From Callorhinchus milii (lineage: Eukaryota): a stretch of 64,000 nucleotides of DNA. The stretch's first letter is position 1; each line of letters starts with the position of its first letter. Shown here one piece after another: positions 49,949 through 63,756 of this stretch. A program made the position numbers and the translations under genes. Location of the stretch: positions 19,346,001-19,410,000 of the forward strand of contig NW_024704742.1 of the NCBI RefSeq assembly GCF_018977255.1, in the 5' to 3' direction. The notes beneath the pieces are model-generated. The model was not told the DNA's origin. It was given only the letters and a program-made list of their open reading frames with translations, and did no database searches.

Positions 49949-52318
49949 TACACATAAGTGTACTACATAAGTGTGTAGTCCTGTAGCTGGGGAATATGAG
50001 GCATTCACCAACTGGGGCCAGAAAATTTAAATCTTTTTTTTAAAAATAATATATTTAATGTTTCTTCTGTTGGTCCACATTTCACCATTAGGCCTTTCTG
50101 CCAGATTGCTCTCTTTCAATTATTAAATGGATCCTCTCATGCAGTAGTCTCTAAACCTCCAAATACACAGTCACTACGCTTCACAGTGAAATTTCTGCGA
50201 AGTTCTTTGAAACAGTTTGACAATGTGATAAGGTGCTATACCAATGCAAAAAATAGTTTTTTATATTATTTATTGCATGTTTATAGAATAGAAAATGTTT
50301 CAGGTGGTTTAACCGTCCCTCTATGTTAATGAAAAAATCAATATTAACGGTGGCACCATTGGCAGCACAAAAAATGCTGCTATGATTATTCAGGCCAAGC
50401 TGACAGATAATTCTCCAGCATAACATACTGATGCTACTGTTGCTTTCTCTGCTGCCCAAGAAAGTGTTCTGTATTTGTGCTCCAGGTAAAATATTCCACT
50501 TCTCTCTTGATCAGTTATTAGAAAACTCCCATTGTGCTGGTGTGATGCCAGTCAGAATTTTCTGCCTATTTTACGTGTATCATTTCAGGGAAATGTATAC
50601 TTCACATCACCCTCTACAATTTTGGGGCCGCTCTGAGAATGAACCAAGGGATATCATCTCCAGTTCAGGTCATGTTGACTTGAGTTGTGAGGAAAGACAG
50701 GGCCAGTAGAGGGATATTGTAGAGTTTTTTTAACTGGGATCGAGAAGATTCTTGGGAATCTGTCGTTGTTCAAAAATGATTTAGCCTTTCTATGTGTGCC
50801 AGGCAGACAGAGATTGTGATGTATGGTAATGTTTGTACTTGATGCATGAACTATCTTGAGGAAAGGTTTAGTTGTGATATTTTTCCATGATTGGAGCTGT
50901 AAGCTGTAAAAACATAAATGTAATCCACCACACTCTACAATGTTAGAGCTAGGTGCTTGCAAATTGTTTTAACATTAAAAAATCAATTTCAATATAGTAT
51001 ATTTACTGGAGTTTATTTGCCACATTAATTTTCATATTTTTATAATAATGTAATATTTCATTTGATATAGCACCTATTTGTCAAAATGGTTCAAAGCACT
51101 TCACAGGGAATTGCTGTAAAATGCAGTGACTGGATTTTCAGATGAATGTTAGTAGGCAATTTGCAAACAGCAATGTCTGACAAACAGCCATGAAATGCAT
51201 AACCATGCATGCGTTTAATGGCAGTTTGTGTCATGACCAAGAAACATGAAGATATCCACTCCCCATTAGTTAGTTTGAACAAGTTGGTTAAGGTTGCAAC
51301 AAGTGAGGTGAGCCAGTCGTTTTCAAAGCTCTCAGATGTCAATCGAATTACCATCTGCAATTGTGGTAGAGCAAAACTAAAAAGGTGTAACAAAAAGTTG
51401 TATGAAGCACTTTGAGACATCTCCTGATGAGATAAGCCCTACATAATGAATACAAATCATTCTTGTTATTTTGAACACATGTCTTATGCACTTAAAATAC
51501 AGACCAGAGGAATATTGACTGGCGAGTTCAATATCTCCCAAATCAGTAGGGTCTACGGATTAGTTTCTGCAATAAATATCTATTTACTGTGATTGCAACA
51601 CTTCATGTTGCAAGATGTGGCCAGGAAGAGAATTGTATGAGTGTAATTCAGTTTACAATCTTGAAAGAATAAATAGGGATTCAGTTGTGCTGAAAAGTTG
51701 GCATTTCTTCTGAAATTTGTTCTGCAAAATGATTTTGTTATTTCATTTAATCTCAACCAACAGAATGTTCCATGGCTGACAGGTAGTATGATTTTACTTA
51801 ATTTGGGCTTTCATGCTCACTTTTAGCATATAATCTTTTTCAAGATTTCTTTCTTTCCATAAACAGAAATGTTCTATAAAACTGTGGAACTGACATACCT
51901 TTAACTACTTAGGTTCAATATATTCAAATAAAGACTTTGGCAACGAACCAATGATTCACTCTTTACTGGAGAGGATTGAACTAATACAAATCCCACCCTC
52001 AATCATTTCAATAGACTCTTTTCCTCTTCCTTGCCAGCATCTAGCCATTGTTAGCTGATAAATCAGACTGCATATTGTTGAATTCCTTCTTGGAAGCATG
52101 GGGGTCATCAGTAGAAAGGCACTTCCTCCCGTTAGCTCATCAGAGAGCTACTTTGACTATAACCACTGAGAAGCCAAAAGGATCAGATTGTCTCGGTGTG
52201 GGAAGCTGTACCTGGGACATCAAGCAGGAGAAACAAAAGAACATTTGTGTTATTTTAAATTAAACTTTTCAAACTATTGGAGGTGCAGGTTTCATTTATT
52301 TCACTCTTCATTCATTGT

Positions 52319-52866
52319 GGAGTCCTGTAGCTCAGTGGTCAGAGCACTTGCCTCGCAAGCGAGACGCCTAGGTTCAATTCCTGGCAGGGCGAAATGTTGG
52401 GGAAGTTTCCTTACTTCACGCGCCTCTATTTACCTAGCAGTAAGTAGGAACCGGGTTGTTAGTCGTTTGCAGATTGCTTTTCTGGGGGTAATAATTCCTT
52501 CAAAAATAATAATAATGAATTGGTCACTTTCAATCCATGACTGTTTGTGGAACACTGTTGTGCGCAATTGGCTGCTGTGTTTCGCCCACAAAATATACAG
52601 TCAATTCACTTTACAGTGTGTTCTGTGAAGCGCTTTGGGACGTCCTCCTGACGTGAAAAGCGCTATATCAAATGCAAGGATTATTATTATTATTATTATT
52701 ATTGTGTTCTGTGAAGCGCTTTGGGACGTCCTCCTGACGTGAAAAGCGCTATATCAAATGCAAGGATTATTATTATTATTATTATTATTATATTCTGTGA
52801 AGTGCTTTGAGACATCTAGAAGACTTGATAAGGCCCTATATCAAATGTAAGAATTATTAATATTAT
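52319..52866 (+). mobile_element. tRNA-derived SINE followed by two additional tandem 3' tails
   Basis: Head at 52319; tails end at about 52702, 52790 and 52866. Confidence 0.9.
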
Positions 52867-53879
52867 TCTTCTGGAAGAGTTTAACAATGGAATTCTATCT
52901 CAAACTCTTGACCTGGAAGTCTATGCAGAAAGGCTGATTCAGTGGGTCCTTCCTTATCGTTTATCTATTGTTTAATTCTGGCAGTTGCTGCAGTTTTCCT
53001 CTGTGCAGGACTGTACAATACCAGGGCAGGATGGTCGGTGGGTGGGGGGTTACCAATGGCTTCCAAGTAGTTCATCCAGCTTGAGGCAACTGCACCTAAA
53101 CCAGCAGAAGGAATCCCTCCCGATGCACTGCGCTGGGTTTTGCTGGCCAACCCCACAAGTCAGCAATGTTTGTCTATTGCTGGTCTGCATAGACCTTGCC
53201 CAGAGACTATGGCAAAGCATATAGCCATAACATGAAAGTTGTGACTCAGGATTTAGAAACAACTGCACATATGCATCGCAGTTGCTCCCTGAGCAAGTTA
53301 TTTCCATATTGCAGCTGATATTTCAACTTCCTCCCCTTCTTGCGAAGGGTCTGAGCAGCCTCAGTGTGCCTCACAACCGGCCATTATAATGTTGCTAAAG
53401 AAAGAGCGACTCCAGCGTCTATCAAAGATGTGAAAATATCTTCCTACACAACAGAAGGTGAAATCCACTGAGGCAAAACTGACAGTGATTTAATGCATTC
53501 TTTTTTGTTGGGGGAGAATGGATTCTTATTGGCAGACTAATTGTACAAACAAAGGAACCAAAGGGTTGGGAAACGGTGCACTGAAATGCACTGGATTTCA
53601 AATGGAAGAATAAATCATTAAAAGCGAATTAAACAATGGAAATTCCATACGGAAGGAATAATCTATTATATATTGTACAGTACTAAATAGGAGGACAATC
53701 AGAGAGAATGATTTTATATAGTAAAGAAGAGCTAGAAAATGTTAGCGAAACAGATATGGTGTTTAAAAGGAAGAATTCATAGGAAAATATTTACCAGTGA
53801 ATCTTTTGAACACAAAATCTTAAAATCAAAGGGAGAAAGTTACAAAATGCTGGCATTAACATAAAGTGCACTTTTGGGT

Positions 53880-54330
53880 ACCACACAATAGAAACAAATT
53901 TAGAGCCTTTGAAAGGCAGCAGCATAGATTCACAAGTTGATGTCAAAGATGAGAGGATAGAAGGTTTAGGACTCTTTCCACTGGAACAAAGAGCTTTGAG
54001 CGGTGTTATGACCGAGATGTTTAAGATAATGTTTAAAGAGAGTAAATGGTGAGGAACTGGTAAGTGATTCAAAACAAGAGGGGATGAGTTTAAGGATATA
54101 ACTAGAAGCTTGAAAGGGAAAGCTAGGAATATTTTATTCTCCTAGATGATTGTCGGAAATTACAATTAATTGCAAGAGCTAGCTTTTAGAGTAGAGTCAG
54201 GTTTTTGAGAAAGTAATCAGATAAGCTTCTGCGCAGGAAGTTTGTAAGAAGCATAGGGACAGAGCAGGGAATTGGAGAGATGGCAGAATTGAAAGAGAAA
54301 ACACAGACAAAAGTACAATGATTTGAATAA
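53880..54330 (+). mobile_element. Highly degenerate CR1 fragment
   Basis: ttaggactctttccactggaacaaagagctttgagcggtgttatgaccgagatgtttaagataat resembles the CR1 LGLFSLE.RRLRGDLIEVFKI region. Confidence 0.6.
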
Positions 54331-54833
54331 CTTATATTTCTAGGGACCTATGAAACACCCCCATGTATGCTGAGAGATTAGCACAAAATAAACCTCACTC
54401 TAATCCTCACTGTGATTCTTACATCACAGATGTGATTGTCAGCATTCAATGCAAAAGGTTGATTAAACACGTAAGTATGGCGCACTTGATGATTCTTGGC
54501 ATGTATGCACCCGATAGTTATTCCAACAGAATATTTTTATACGTGCCAATAAATATTTTAGAACAATTTTTGTTGTCGCCATTTCAATTGCCCTTTTCTT
54601 GGACTGTGATGCATAAAACCACTGGAATGTGATAAAAACAGGAAAATGCAATGAGGTAAGGGAAGTGGAATAGCAATTAATTACTTTGCGTGTGAAATAA
54701 ACTGGAAAACTCAACATGTAACATGTTATTGAAATGGAAAATAATTTGTTAACAGAACCAGATGAATAACAGAATAAACATGGTCTGATTATCTCACAGA
54801 TATGACACAGACAGATATTATTTTCATCATCCT

Positions 54834-55208
54834 GGATTCCTGTAGCTCAGTGGTTAGAGTGCTCACCTCGCAAGCGAGAGACCTGGGTTCCATTCCTGGC
54901 AGGGCAAAATGTTGGGCAAGTTTCCTTACTCCACAAGCCTTTGTTTACCTCGCAGTAAGTAGCAACCCGGCTGTTAGTCGATTCGTGGATTGCTTTTCCG
55001 GAGGTAATAATTCCTTTAAAAAAATAATAATGAATTGATCACTTCAATCCACAACTGTTTATGGGACACTGCTGTGCGCAATTGGCTGCCGTGTGTCGAC
55101 CACAAAATATACATTCAATTCACTTTAGAGTATATTCTGAAGCGCTTTGAGATGTCTCGAAGATGTGATAAAGCACTATATCAAATGCAAGGATTATTAT
55201 TATTGTTA
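54834..55208 (+). mobile_element. Full-length tRNA-derived SINE
   Basis: Same head, body and tail as the 52319 copy. Confidence 0.9.
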
Positions 55209-58200
55209 CTTAACAAACTGTTGTTATCAAAAAAACTTTGGCAATTTTTTTCGTATGAATATTGCTTCTTTAAGACAGTTATTTATATCAATTCCACTAT
55301 GATTGATAGCTACCTTTTCACTATTTTGCTTTCCGGAGTTTCCATTATAAAGACATAAATACGACGAGAGTTAGATAAGATCACTTCAAAAATCAACATA
55401 AACTGTGAGAGTCAAAAACAGAAAGTATTTATCATAGTATCTTCTTTGAGAGCCTTGGAATTGATTTAATCTGTGATTTCTTCTCCAGAACAGTAAGGAA
55501 TATACAAGATTGTTGGCCACCCTAAACATTTCTGAAAGGCTTAAGATTGTTTTCGATTTGCCCTCCACTTTGTCCTAGATTCACTTTTCTGGGAGATTCT
55601 GTGGTGTTCTGCAGGTCTGAGAATTTAAGGAGCTTTGCTTAAACATTCAAAACACCAAGTTACCATTATTTATATATTGTGCTTCCGATGCACAACAATA
55701 ATAAGTAGGCACGCAGTCGTTGGTTGAATGACAGATCACTTTTCTGAGGATAATAATCCCTCAAAAATAATAATAATAATCACTCAATCCACGACTGTTG
55801 TGCAAAATTGACTGCTGCGTTCCGTCCACAAAATATACTGTCAATTCACTTACAGTATATTCTGTGAAGCCCTTTGAGACATCGAGAAGAAGTGATAAGG
55901 CTCTACAATACTGTTTTTTTTGCTTGGATGATATCTGGAGCCAAAACCGGAAAGATGTGAAATTTCTTCATATCCCATGAGACTAACAACTTGTCAAATA
56001 ATTAGCCAAAAGATGTCACTTTAGCCAGATTTAGTGCACAATTTTGCAAATTTTTGGAAGTGAGTTTGTCTCCAAGTGTAATGTATGTATAATATTTCAT
56101 GCACAGTTATTGTAGGAATGACATGGTTTTGGCTGTATTTTTGGTGTCAACAGCACACATAATAATGCTTCCAAAAATCAGTGAGGAAGTCAGTGGTTTC
56201 CACAGTCTTGCTTCTATTGGATTTACGATAATGCTTCCTGGTTTAACAACGATATAACTTGCATTTATATAGCATTGGTATATATTATTTACTTACATTA
56301 AATATAAATATAATTTATATTTATAGAGTGCCCTTCACACAGGGCAGCGTCTTGGAGTGCTTAACAGTGGTGGAGCCCGATTACAGAATATAGTGCTGCA
56401 TTGAAGTATCGTGGGTGAATTGCTTATATTTCTAGCTGAAAAACAAAATGGCTCAACGTTTTTCTTTCTATCTGTTTACAACATTGTATTTTCAGCCACA
56501 AGGGGAGCAAACCTACCAGTTGTCTGTACCGTGCATTTATCCAAAGTAAATAGATGCTGCATCTATTTTGGTGGCACAGGCAATCAGATTGGGAGGCAGA
56601 AATAAAACCACTGATACTTGTCATTTTGCTTGTAGAAATCTCCAAATCAAAGTAAACTTTTGGCACTAAATTACTATCAGGAGTTTTGCCAATATTTTTA
56701 TTTTGTAATCATCCATTTTCAAACTTCACTACCTTGTTTTCACTCTGTGTTTGTTTCAATCAGTATTGCACCTTTTACTCTGTTTCCCCAAGGCATGAGC
56801 TATTTTCTCAGTCAGGTAGATATCAGCAGTGATCTTTCAATATGTCTATCATGAGTGTTGTTATTCTCATTTTAATCTGTAGAGTGTCTGCTTTTGATCA
56901 ACAAGTCCCTGGCTGACTTTGTTTTCATATGGAATAGCTCACTTGGTCTGGGGCCATTGTGACGAGGCATGACTTGAAGTATTGGGCAAAACAGATATCT
57001 TGAAGACAACAGAATGTATTTTGTATCCTGAGGGATCAAAACTGTCTCTCACGTTCCTCAGTGTTTGTGCAATGGTTGATAATGTAGGAAAAAAATTGAA
57101 AATGTTTTCTTTTTTTAAAAAAAAACTTGAACTTTGAGATGAATTGACACCCAAAGGGGATATCTCCCAGGTAACTTTCTCATTCATACAGCCCCGACTT
57201 GCATGTATTTATCAGCCCATTAATCTGCACTCAGTGTGATGACGTTACATACATTACTTTAACACCTTCTCTGTTTCACAATGTGCTTAAATATGAGTGT
57301 TCAATGAGGTTGTATTCTGGTACGTTTTACTCATTGGCTTTCTAAAGAACATCGGAAAACAACCAATATTTCCTCTGGAAACCATGTCTACTGTGCTCCA
57401 TTACAGATACGACACAAGCCATTTAATGCCCCAAAGCTTTTATATCGACCTGTTGCATTATTTATCCTTGATTAGTTGTCAACTTTGGCATGATGTTTCC
57501 ATGGTCGCAGGATCTCAGAAATCATCATGTTTTACACAATGTTCAATTGTCTCTATCACGATATATCTGTGTAACTCTCAATACATTTCAAATTTTTTTC
57601 AAAGACATCAAGTGAGAATGCATTAACTGTTTTGTGACAGAGTGACAGAAAGTTACTGCAGATGCTTGCTGGGATACTGATGATATTGGCCACACGTTTT
57701 TAGAGTATGAACACTATGTCTAAGACTTTGGTGAAATAGGAATCATCACCTTAGGAAATAGGAAAGTAAAGTTATAAGAAAATAATGAGTGATACTGGCC
57801 TCGCCAGTACATAAATTCGGATCATAAACATCCTTGACACAAATTAAGAGCACAAGAGAGATTCGGATGAAGAATGTCCTTCGGCCATTTGATATAATCC
57901 TCCCTAAATATCCTTTCTACTGTCTCCTCATTACTACAACAGCTGTACATTAAATAAGTTCAGCATGCTGGCCTGAAACACCCTCGTAAACTTTTTTCAG
58001 TTGTTAATCACCCTCGGTTTCAAAAGGATTAGGAGAATAACTAAAATGTTTATCTCTACATCTAATCAAAACTTGAATCCTTTTATTTGAAAGTTTTTCT
58101 ACTTAATCTAACCTCATAGATTATCTGGATAATCTAATGAAATTTATTTTGTTCAAACTTATTTCTCTTTGTTTCAAAACTGTTTTATATACTGTTTTCT

Positions 58201-58687
58201 TCTGCCTCCTCCATGCTTCCACACACCCATTTTAAAGATTGTAACAATATTTTTAAAAAATATTTATTATTATTATTAATGCTTGCATTTGGTATAATGC
58301 CTTTTATGCCAGAAGAACATCTCAAAAATCTTCACAGGGTATATTACAAAGTGGAGTGACTGTGGGATTCGTGGGTGAACTCAGCAGCCAATTTGTGAAC
58401 AGCAATGTCCCACAAACAGCCATGAAGCCATGAAAGAGTTAAGCTCTGTCCCCAAGTCTTTACCCAGTGAAAAGTTATTGCAGTGATGTTCATCAGAATC
58501 ATATTATAAATGCAACTGTATAATCCTCATGCACTTTCGCAATTCAAAACAGGAAGATGCAGTCATTGATTGAGTATTGAAGACGTGATCTGGTGCTATA
58601 TGAAATGCAAGGATTATTAATATTATTATCATTGGTGGTCTTCAAAGTGACCCAGATTATTAATCTCATCCACAACATACAAAGGGT

Positions 58688-59130
58688 TAGAAACATGGAA
58701 ATCTATTGCACAGAAGGAGGCCATTCGGCCCACTGAGTCCGCACCAGCTCACAGAGCAAGGAAATCAATTAAATCTCACTGCCGTGTCTTATCCCCAGAT
58801 CCCTTCAAGCTCCTCTCTTTCACATGCCTGTCTACGTTCCTCCTGAAAGCTCCAGTAGATTCCTCCTCCAACATCCTACTTGGAGGGCATTCCACATCCC
58901 AACAAGTCTCTGGGTGAAAAATATCCTTCCATGTTTTCCTTTTGCTGTTTTTGTGGCTATCGTAACTATATCCCGTAGTCACTGACTCCCCTATCAGTTT
59001 AAATAACTTATCCCTATTTACCCTATCAAAACCATCATCATTTTGTAGATGTCTTTCAGGTCCCCCTCTCAAGCTTCTCTGTTCCAGCTGATCACATACT
59101 AGAATTTTCCAAATGTGACCTCCCCAAGGG
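58688..59130 (-). mobile_element. Degenerate CR1 fragment
   Basis: GFDRVNRDKLF remnant; ggaggccattcggccc terminus. Confidence 0.75.
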
Positions 59131-59625
59131 TTCTGTGGATAAACTGTTCACTTGGTGCAGCAATAAGCTATGCAGACCAGAAAGATATCAGCTGTTATCA
59201 GCTGTTAAGACAACATTATGGATAATACAATTGGCCTCAGTATCCCTGTGCTAGGTTAGGATGCCCGGATTTACACTTCTCTTTAATATCCAGTTAACAT
59301 CTGGGTGTAAAGTTGCCATGTGTGAAAATCAGGTAATAATGAGATTCAGTTTTTGATGTCCTAAGTGGTCAAATAACCTGGCAACATCACCATCGCTTGG
59401 CCAAGATACCACAAGGCAACCGACTTTCAGCCTGGAAACTATAGTTTAGCATATTTCAGTCCCTTCAGGGGATGGGAGAAAATTTTAAAAAGCAAAACAA
59501 ATTTCCTGCTTCAGTTAACATTACTGGATCTGGAGTAATCAATCAAATATTATACGTTGCTGGCAGTGAAGGATAAACAGTGATCAAAGCAAAGACAACC
59601 ATATTTTTCGGAAGCTGAATTGTTT

Positions 59626-59893
59626 ATAATAATAATAATAATATAATAATCCTTGCATTTGATATAGCGCTTTTCATGTCGGGAGGACGTCCCAAAGCGC
59701 TTCACAGAACACACTGTAAAGTGAATTGAGTCGTTGACTGAAAATGAACAATTTTATTATTGTTTTTGTTTTTGGAGGGATTATTATTAGGCTCTGTGTG
59801 GAGTAAGGAAACTTGCCCAAGGTTTCGCCCTCTGCCTGGAATTGGACTCAGGTCTCTCGCTTGCAAAGCGAGTGCTCTAACCACTGAGCTACA
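59626..59893 (-). mobile_element. tRNA-derived SINE with an internal deletion
   Basis: Head and tail match the 15268-15591 copy; central segment missing. Confidence 0.88.
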
Positions 59894-60589
59894 GTTGTCA
59901 AACAATTATGAAAGCATAAGAATGTGCTGTATTTGGTACAAAGCCTACTCTACTACCACAGAAGGATGCAGGATGCTATAAAAGTCAAGGAACGTGTTAA
60001 AATTCCACAAACCACTAAAGATCATTATAAACCATAAATGACCTCAATGAGTGTCAAAATGTTCAGATCTGCTGGCCAGGGCACCAATGTTGCCTTGGTT
60101 CTTTAATCAGTTGGCTCTTGAGATCCTGTTTAACTATCTCTCTCCATGCTCTTTCCAAATAATTTGCTGGTTTCATTGCCCTCCACCCTTCCAGGAAGCT
60201 GAACATAGTTAATGTGTTTTCTGACATATCTGTCATTGAGATTTACTACTATAAAGATCATAATGTTATCTTTCTGCATTTTGTTATCCAGAAAAACCTC
60301 CGCCTCTATAACTCTCATCCAAGAGGCAAATCCACTCCTCTGTGCTTTCCACATACGTTCTCTTAAGAAACTACAGAAAACAAACCACCAACATAAGACT
60401 AAAATCAATAATCTGCCAAAATCCACTCATTCTAAAACACAACATAGGCAGAGTAAATCTAGAGCCAGATGACATTTCTCTCTACTAATGTCAAACTATT
60501 TTTTTCATCAGTTTCTGTTCGATCTTATTACGTCAATTTAATTGCATCTTATTGTGTCACAGACGCTGTTTCCATGTGGAGTCAATCTT

Positions 60590-60916
60590 GGAGTCCTGTA
60601 GCTCAGTGGTTAGAGCACTCGCTTTGCAAGCGAGAGACCTGAGTTCAATTCCAGGCAGGGCGAAACCTTGGGCAAGTTTCCTTACTCCACACGCCTAATA
60701 ATAATCCCTCCAAAACAAAAACAATAATAAATTGGTCATTTTCAATCTACGACTGTTTGTGGGACATTGCTGTGCGCAATTGGCTGCCGCGTTCGCCCAC
60801 AAATATACAGTCAATTCACTTTACAGTCTATTCTGTGAAGCGCTTTGGGACGTCCTCCCGACGTGAAAAGCGCTATATCAAATGCAAGGATTATTATTAT
60901 TATTATTATTATTATA
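60590..60916 (+). mobile_element. Full-length tRNA-derived SINE
   Basis: Near-identical to the reverse complement of 15268-15591. Confidence 0.92.
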
Positions 60917-61284
60917 ATCTTTCCCTGACTTTTTTTTATTCTCCTTGGGTGACATGTTACTTCCACCTTTGTCTTCTATTTAGTTGAACACTTAGAAACA
61001 AAATTAAATTAATCATTCAAAATCCTGCAAATAATATGAATAAATGTGAATAAGTGAACTATGGGCAGAAGCTCAATAAGGGACAATGACCATGGCTTTC
61101 GGCCGTTCTTTTTGTAAATTATTTATATTTTTGACATGTCCTATCCTACCACCTTGTATAGGTGATATTCGTTTGAAATTATTTTCTTTAACCATTTAAA
61201 ATGTAGCACTTTGACATCTGAGTCAGAAAGTGCTGGGTTTAAGCCCTATGTTGGTACTTTGAATTTACAGTCTTTCAGATGAGA

Positions 61285-61831
61285 AGTTCTGGATTATCTG
61301 CAGCCTCCCTCCACAGGCTGCAGATAATCCAGAACTCTGCAGCTCGTGTCCTCTCCCGCACCAAAATCTGTGACCCCATCTCCCCCACTCTCGTCCGATT
61401 CCATTGGCTCCCTATCCTTCAGAGGATCCAGTTCAAGATCCTGGTCCTCACATACAAACCCCTCCATGACATCGCCCCACTCTACCTCTGCGACCTCCTA
61501 ACCCCCTACCAACCCGTCCGTTCCCTCCGCTCAGCCGGCTCTGGCCTGCTCCATGGCCCCTGACCCACCCGCCCCACCATTGGTGGGAGAACCTTCAGCT
61601 ACTCTGCCCCCAACCTCTCGAATTTCAACCCCCAGTCACTCAACCTCACCCCCTCCTTAGCCTCCTTCAAGTCCCACCTCAAGACCCTCATGACCTTCGA
61701 CCATGCCATCAGCCAACCCCCTTCCCCTCCCCCCCACCAAACCCAGCTCGGGTCTGAAATGCTGTACTCTGCCTTGAGACGTCCTCCCAACATGAAAGGC
61801 GCTATACAAATGTAATCTTGTTGTTCTTGTT
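61285..61831 (+). mobile_element. L2 3' fragment
   Basis: LQIIQNSAARVL...FHWLPILQRIQFKILVLTYK plus L2 tail. Confidence 0.9.
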
Positions 61832-63140
61832 AAAATAAGGTTTGTCTGCCAGTTTTGGTGATCTTTTAAAGAACTCATGGCACGACTTGAAAGGGTAGTT
61901 TCTCCCGGTGACCTGAACAACAATTCCCCCAGATAAAATTGATCATTCACTTCATGACTGTTTGTGTGTACTCAAATACTTCACAGTAAAATCTTATGCT
62001 GTGCTTTGAGATTCCTCGACCATGTGGTAAGTGCTATATGAAGTAATAACTAGTATTCATAATAACATCAATTTCACAGTAACGATATGACAACTTGAAA
62101 GTGCAATTAAAGGCAACTCATAAGTGGTTTCCATTTATTAGGAAGATGCACAGAATACAACTTATCTGTGTGAAATGTTCCCCTACAAATACGTTCAATT
62201 CAAACATACAATTTGTATATCTATCAAAGACAATCGTAAATATGAGCACATACAGTATTTCACAATTACACTCAGTCAGTATAACTGATTTGATATCAGG
62301 CAGGAAAAGAATATGAGGCCAGCAATTTTCAGTGTGTTACTTTAATTAATAAAAACAAGCCTGTCACAGTTTTAAAAATTTCCTTCACATTCAATGTTGC
62401 TATTTTTGGATATTTTAGATAACTTGACATCTATTTTTCCTCCCTAGTTGTTTCTCTTCTGAAGGTATCTTCCCATGAGTGGGTCAATTAGCTTTCTTTC
62501 TTCCATAGTTCCTTAAGGCAGACTGAAAACAAAATATCAGTAGTAAACCCATACTTTGTTATTTATGGTTAGAAATTGATTTCATAAGCCACATTGTCAG
62601 ATGTCGGCCTGACTCAGTCGGTGGCTAAGTCAAAAGATTGAAGGTATAAGTCAATGCCAACTCTACCCTCTTCCCATTACAGCATCGTATGGTTTCTTAA
62701 ATAAGTCCAGCATCCTAGCCCTTATGACCCAAGGATTAACTACACAAACTCATAGGAAATTGTGTTCATAAATATAAAAGCTATGTATAGATTAATCAAC
62801 GACTCAAACAGGTTGCCAGGAAATATAAAATATAAAAGCTACGTATAGATTAATATAAAAGCTACGTATAGATTAAAATAAAAGCTACGTGTAGATTAAT
62901 CAACAACTCAAACAGGTTGCCAGGACACTGAACTCATTTAAAAAGCAGCTTGACACAGTGATACGGGGGTGGTAGAGTGGGTGTTTTGGAGGCATGAGAT
63001 CAGATGGACTGAAACGTTTTCTTCAATCAGACCAATTTTGTAATCCATATAGTAATGTTTATATACATAATATATATTTATAATGGTGGTTACTGAGGCC
63101 TATTAAATTAATTTAACTGTGGAGTCCTGTAGCTTAGTGA

Positions 63141-63461
63141 GAAACTTACTTCCATAGGCGGGTGGGTCGGTAACCCGAGGACACTGATTTCAAATAGTTG
63201 TTAAAAGAAACAGAGGGGAGGTGAGGAGAAATTCTTTTACACAGCGAGTTGTTCGGATCTGGAATGCATTGCCTGAAAGGGTAGTGGAAGCTGATTCAAT
63301 AACAACTTTTAAGAGAGAAGTAGATAATTATTTGGGGAGGATAAGTTTGCAGGGCTATGGGGAGAGCGGGGAGAGTGGATTGAATTGGACAGCTCTTTTC
63401 AAAGAGCCGGCACAGACATGATGGGCCGAATGGCCTCTTTCTGTGCTGTATAATTCTATGA
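63141..63461 (+). mobile_element. CR1 3' fragment nested in a SINE head
   Basis: RNSFTQRVVRIWNALPERVVEA; 3' end gatgggccgaatggcctc...ttctatga; flanked by TTAGTGA duplication. Confidence 0.9.
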
Positions 63462-63756
63462 TTAGTGATCAGAAAACTTGATTTGCAAGCAAAAAAACTG
63501 GGTTTGATTCCCAGCAGTGCGAAAGGTTGGGAAAGTTTCCTTACTCCACATGCGTCTGTTTACCTAGCAGTAAGCAGTAAGTAAGTATGTACTTAAGAGC
63601 AGTATTTAGATCTTATAGGTATAGATCCGGACTCAGATGAGTAAATACTCAATGAGACTTAATGGTTCACCCCTATCCTCACTTTCTTCAAGGTCCACCT
63701 CAAGGCCTTCCTTTTTGACCGCACCTTCAGTCATCGTAACTGCCCACAACAACAAC

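Noticed and set aside
60590..60660. tRNA-Ala(TGC)-like sequences (also at 15520-15591, 52319, 54834, 59820-59893)
   Set aside because: They lack an acceptor stem and continue into the SINE body, so they are SINE heads rather than tRNA genes.
62770..62925. Short tandem duplications (also 10835-10890 and 11055-11123)
   Set aside because: Ordinary local slippage duplications with no further structure.
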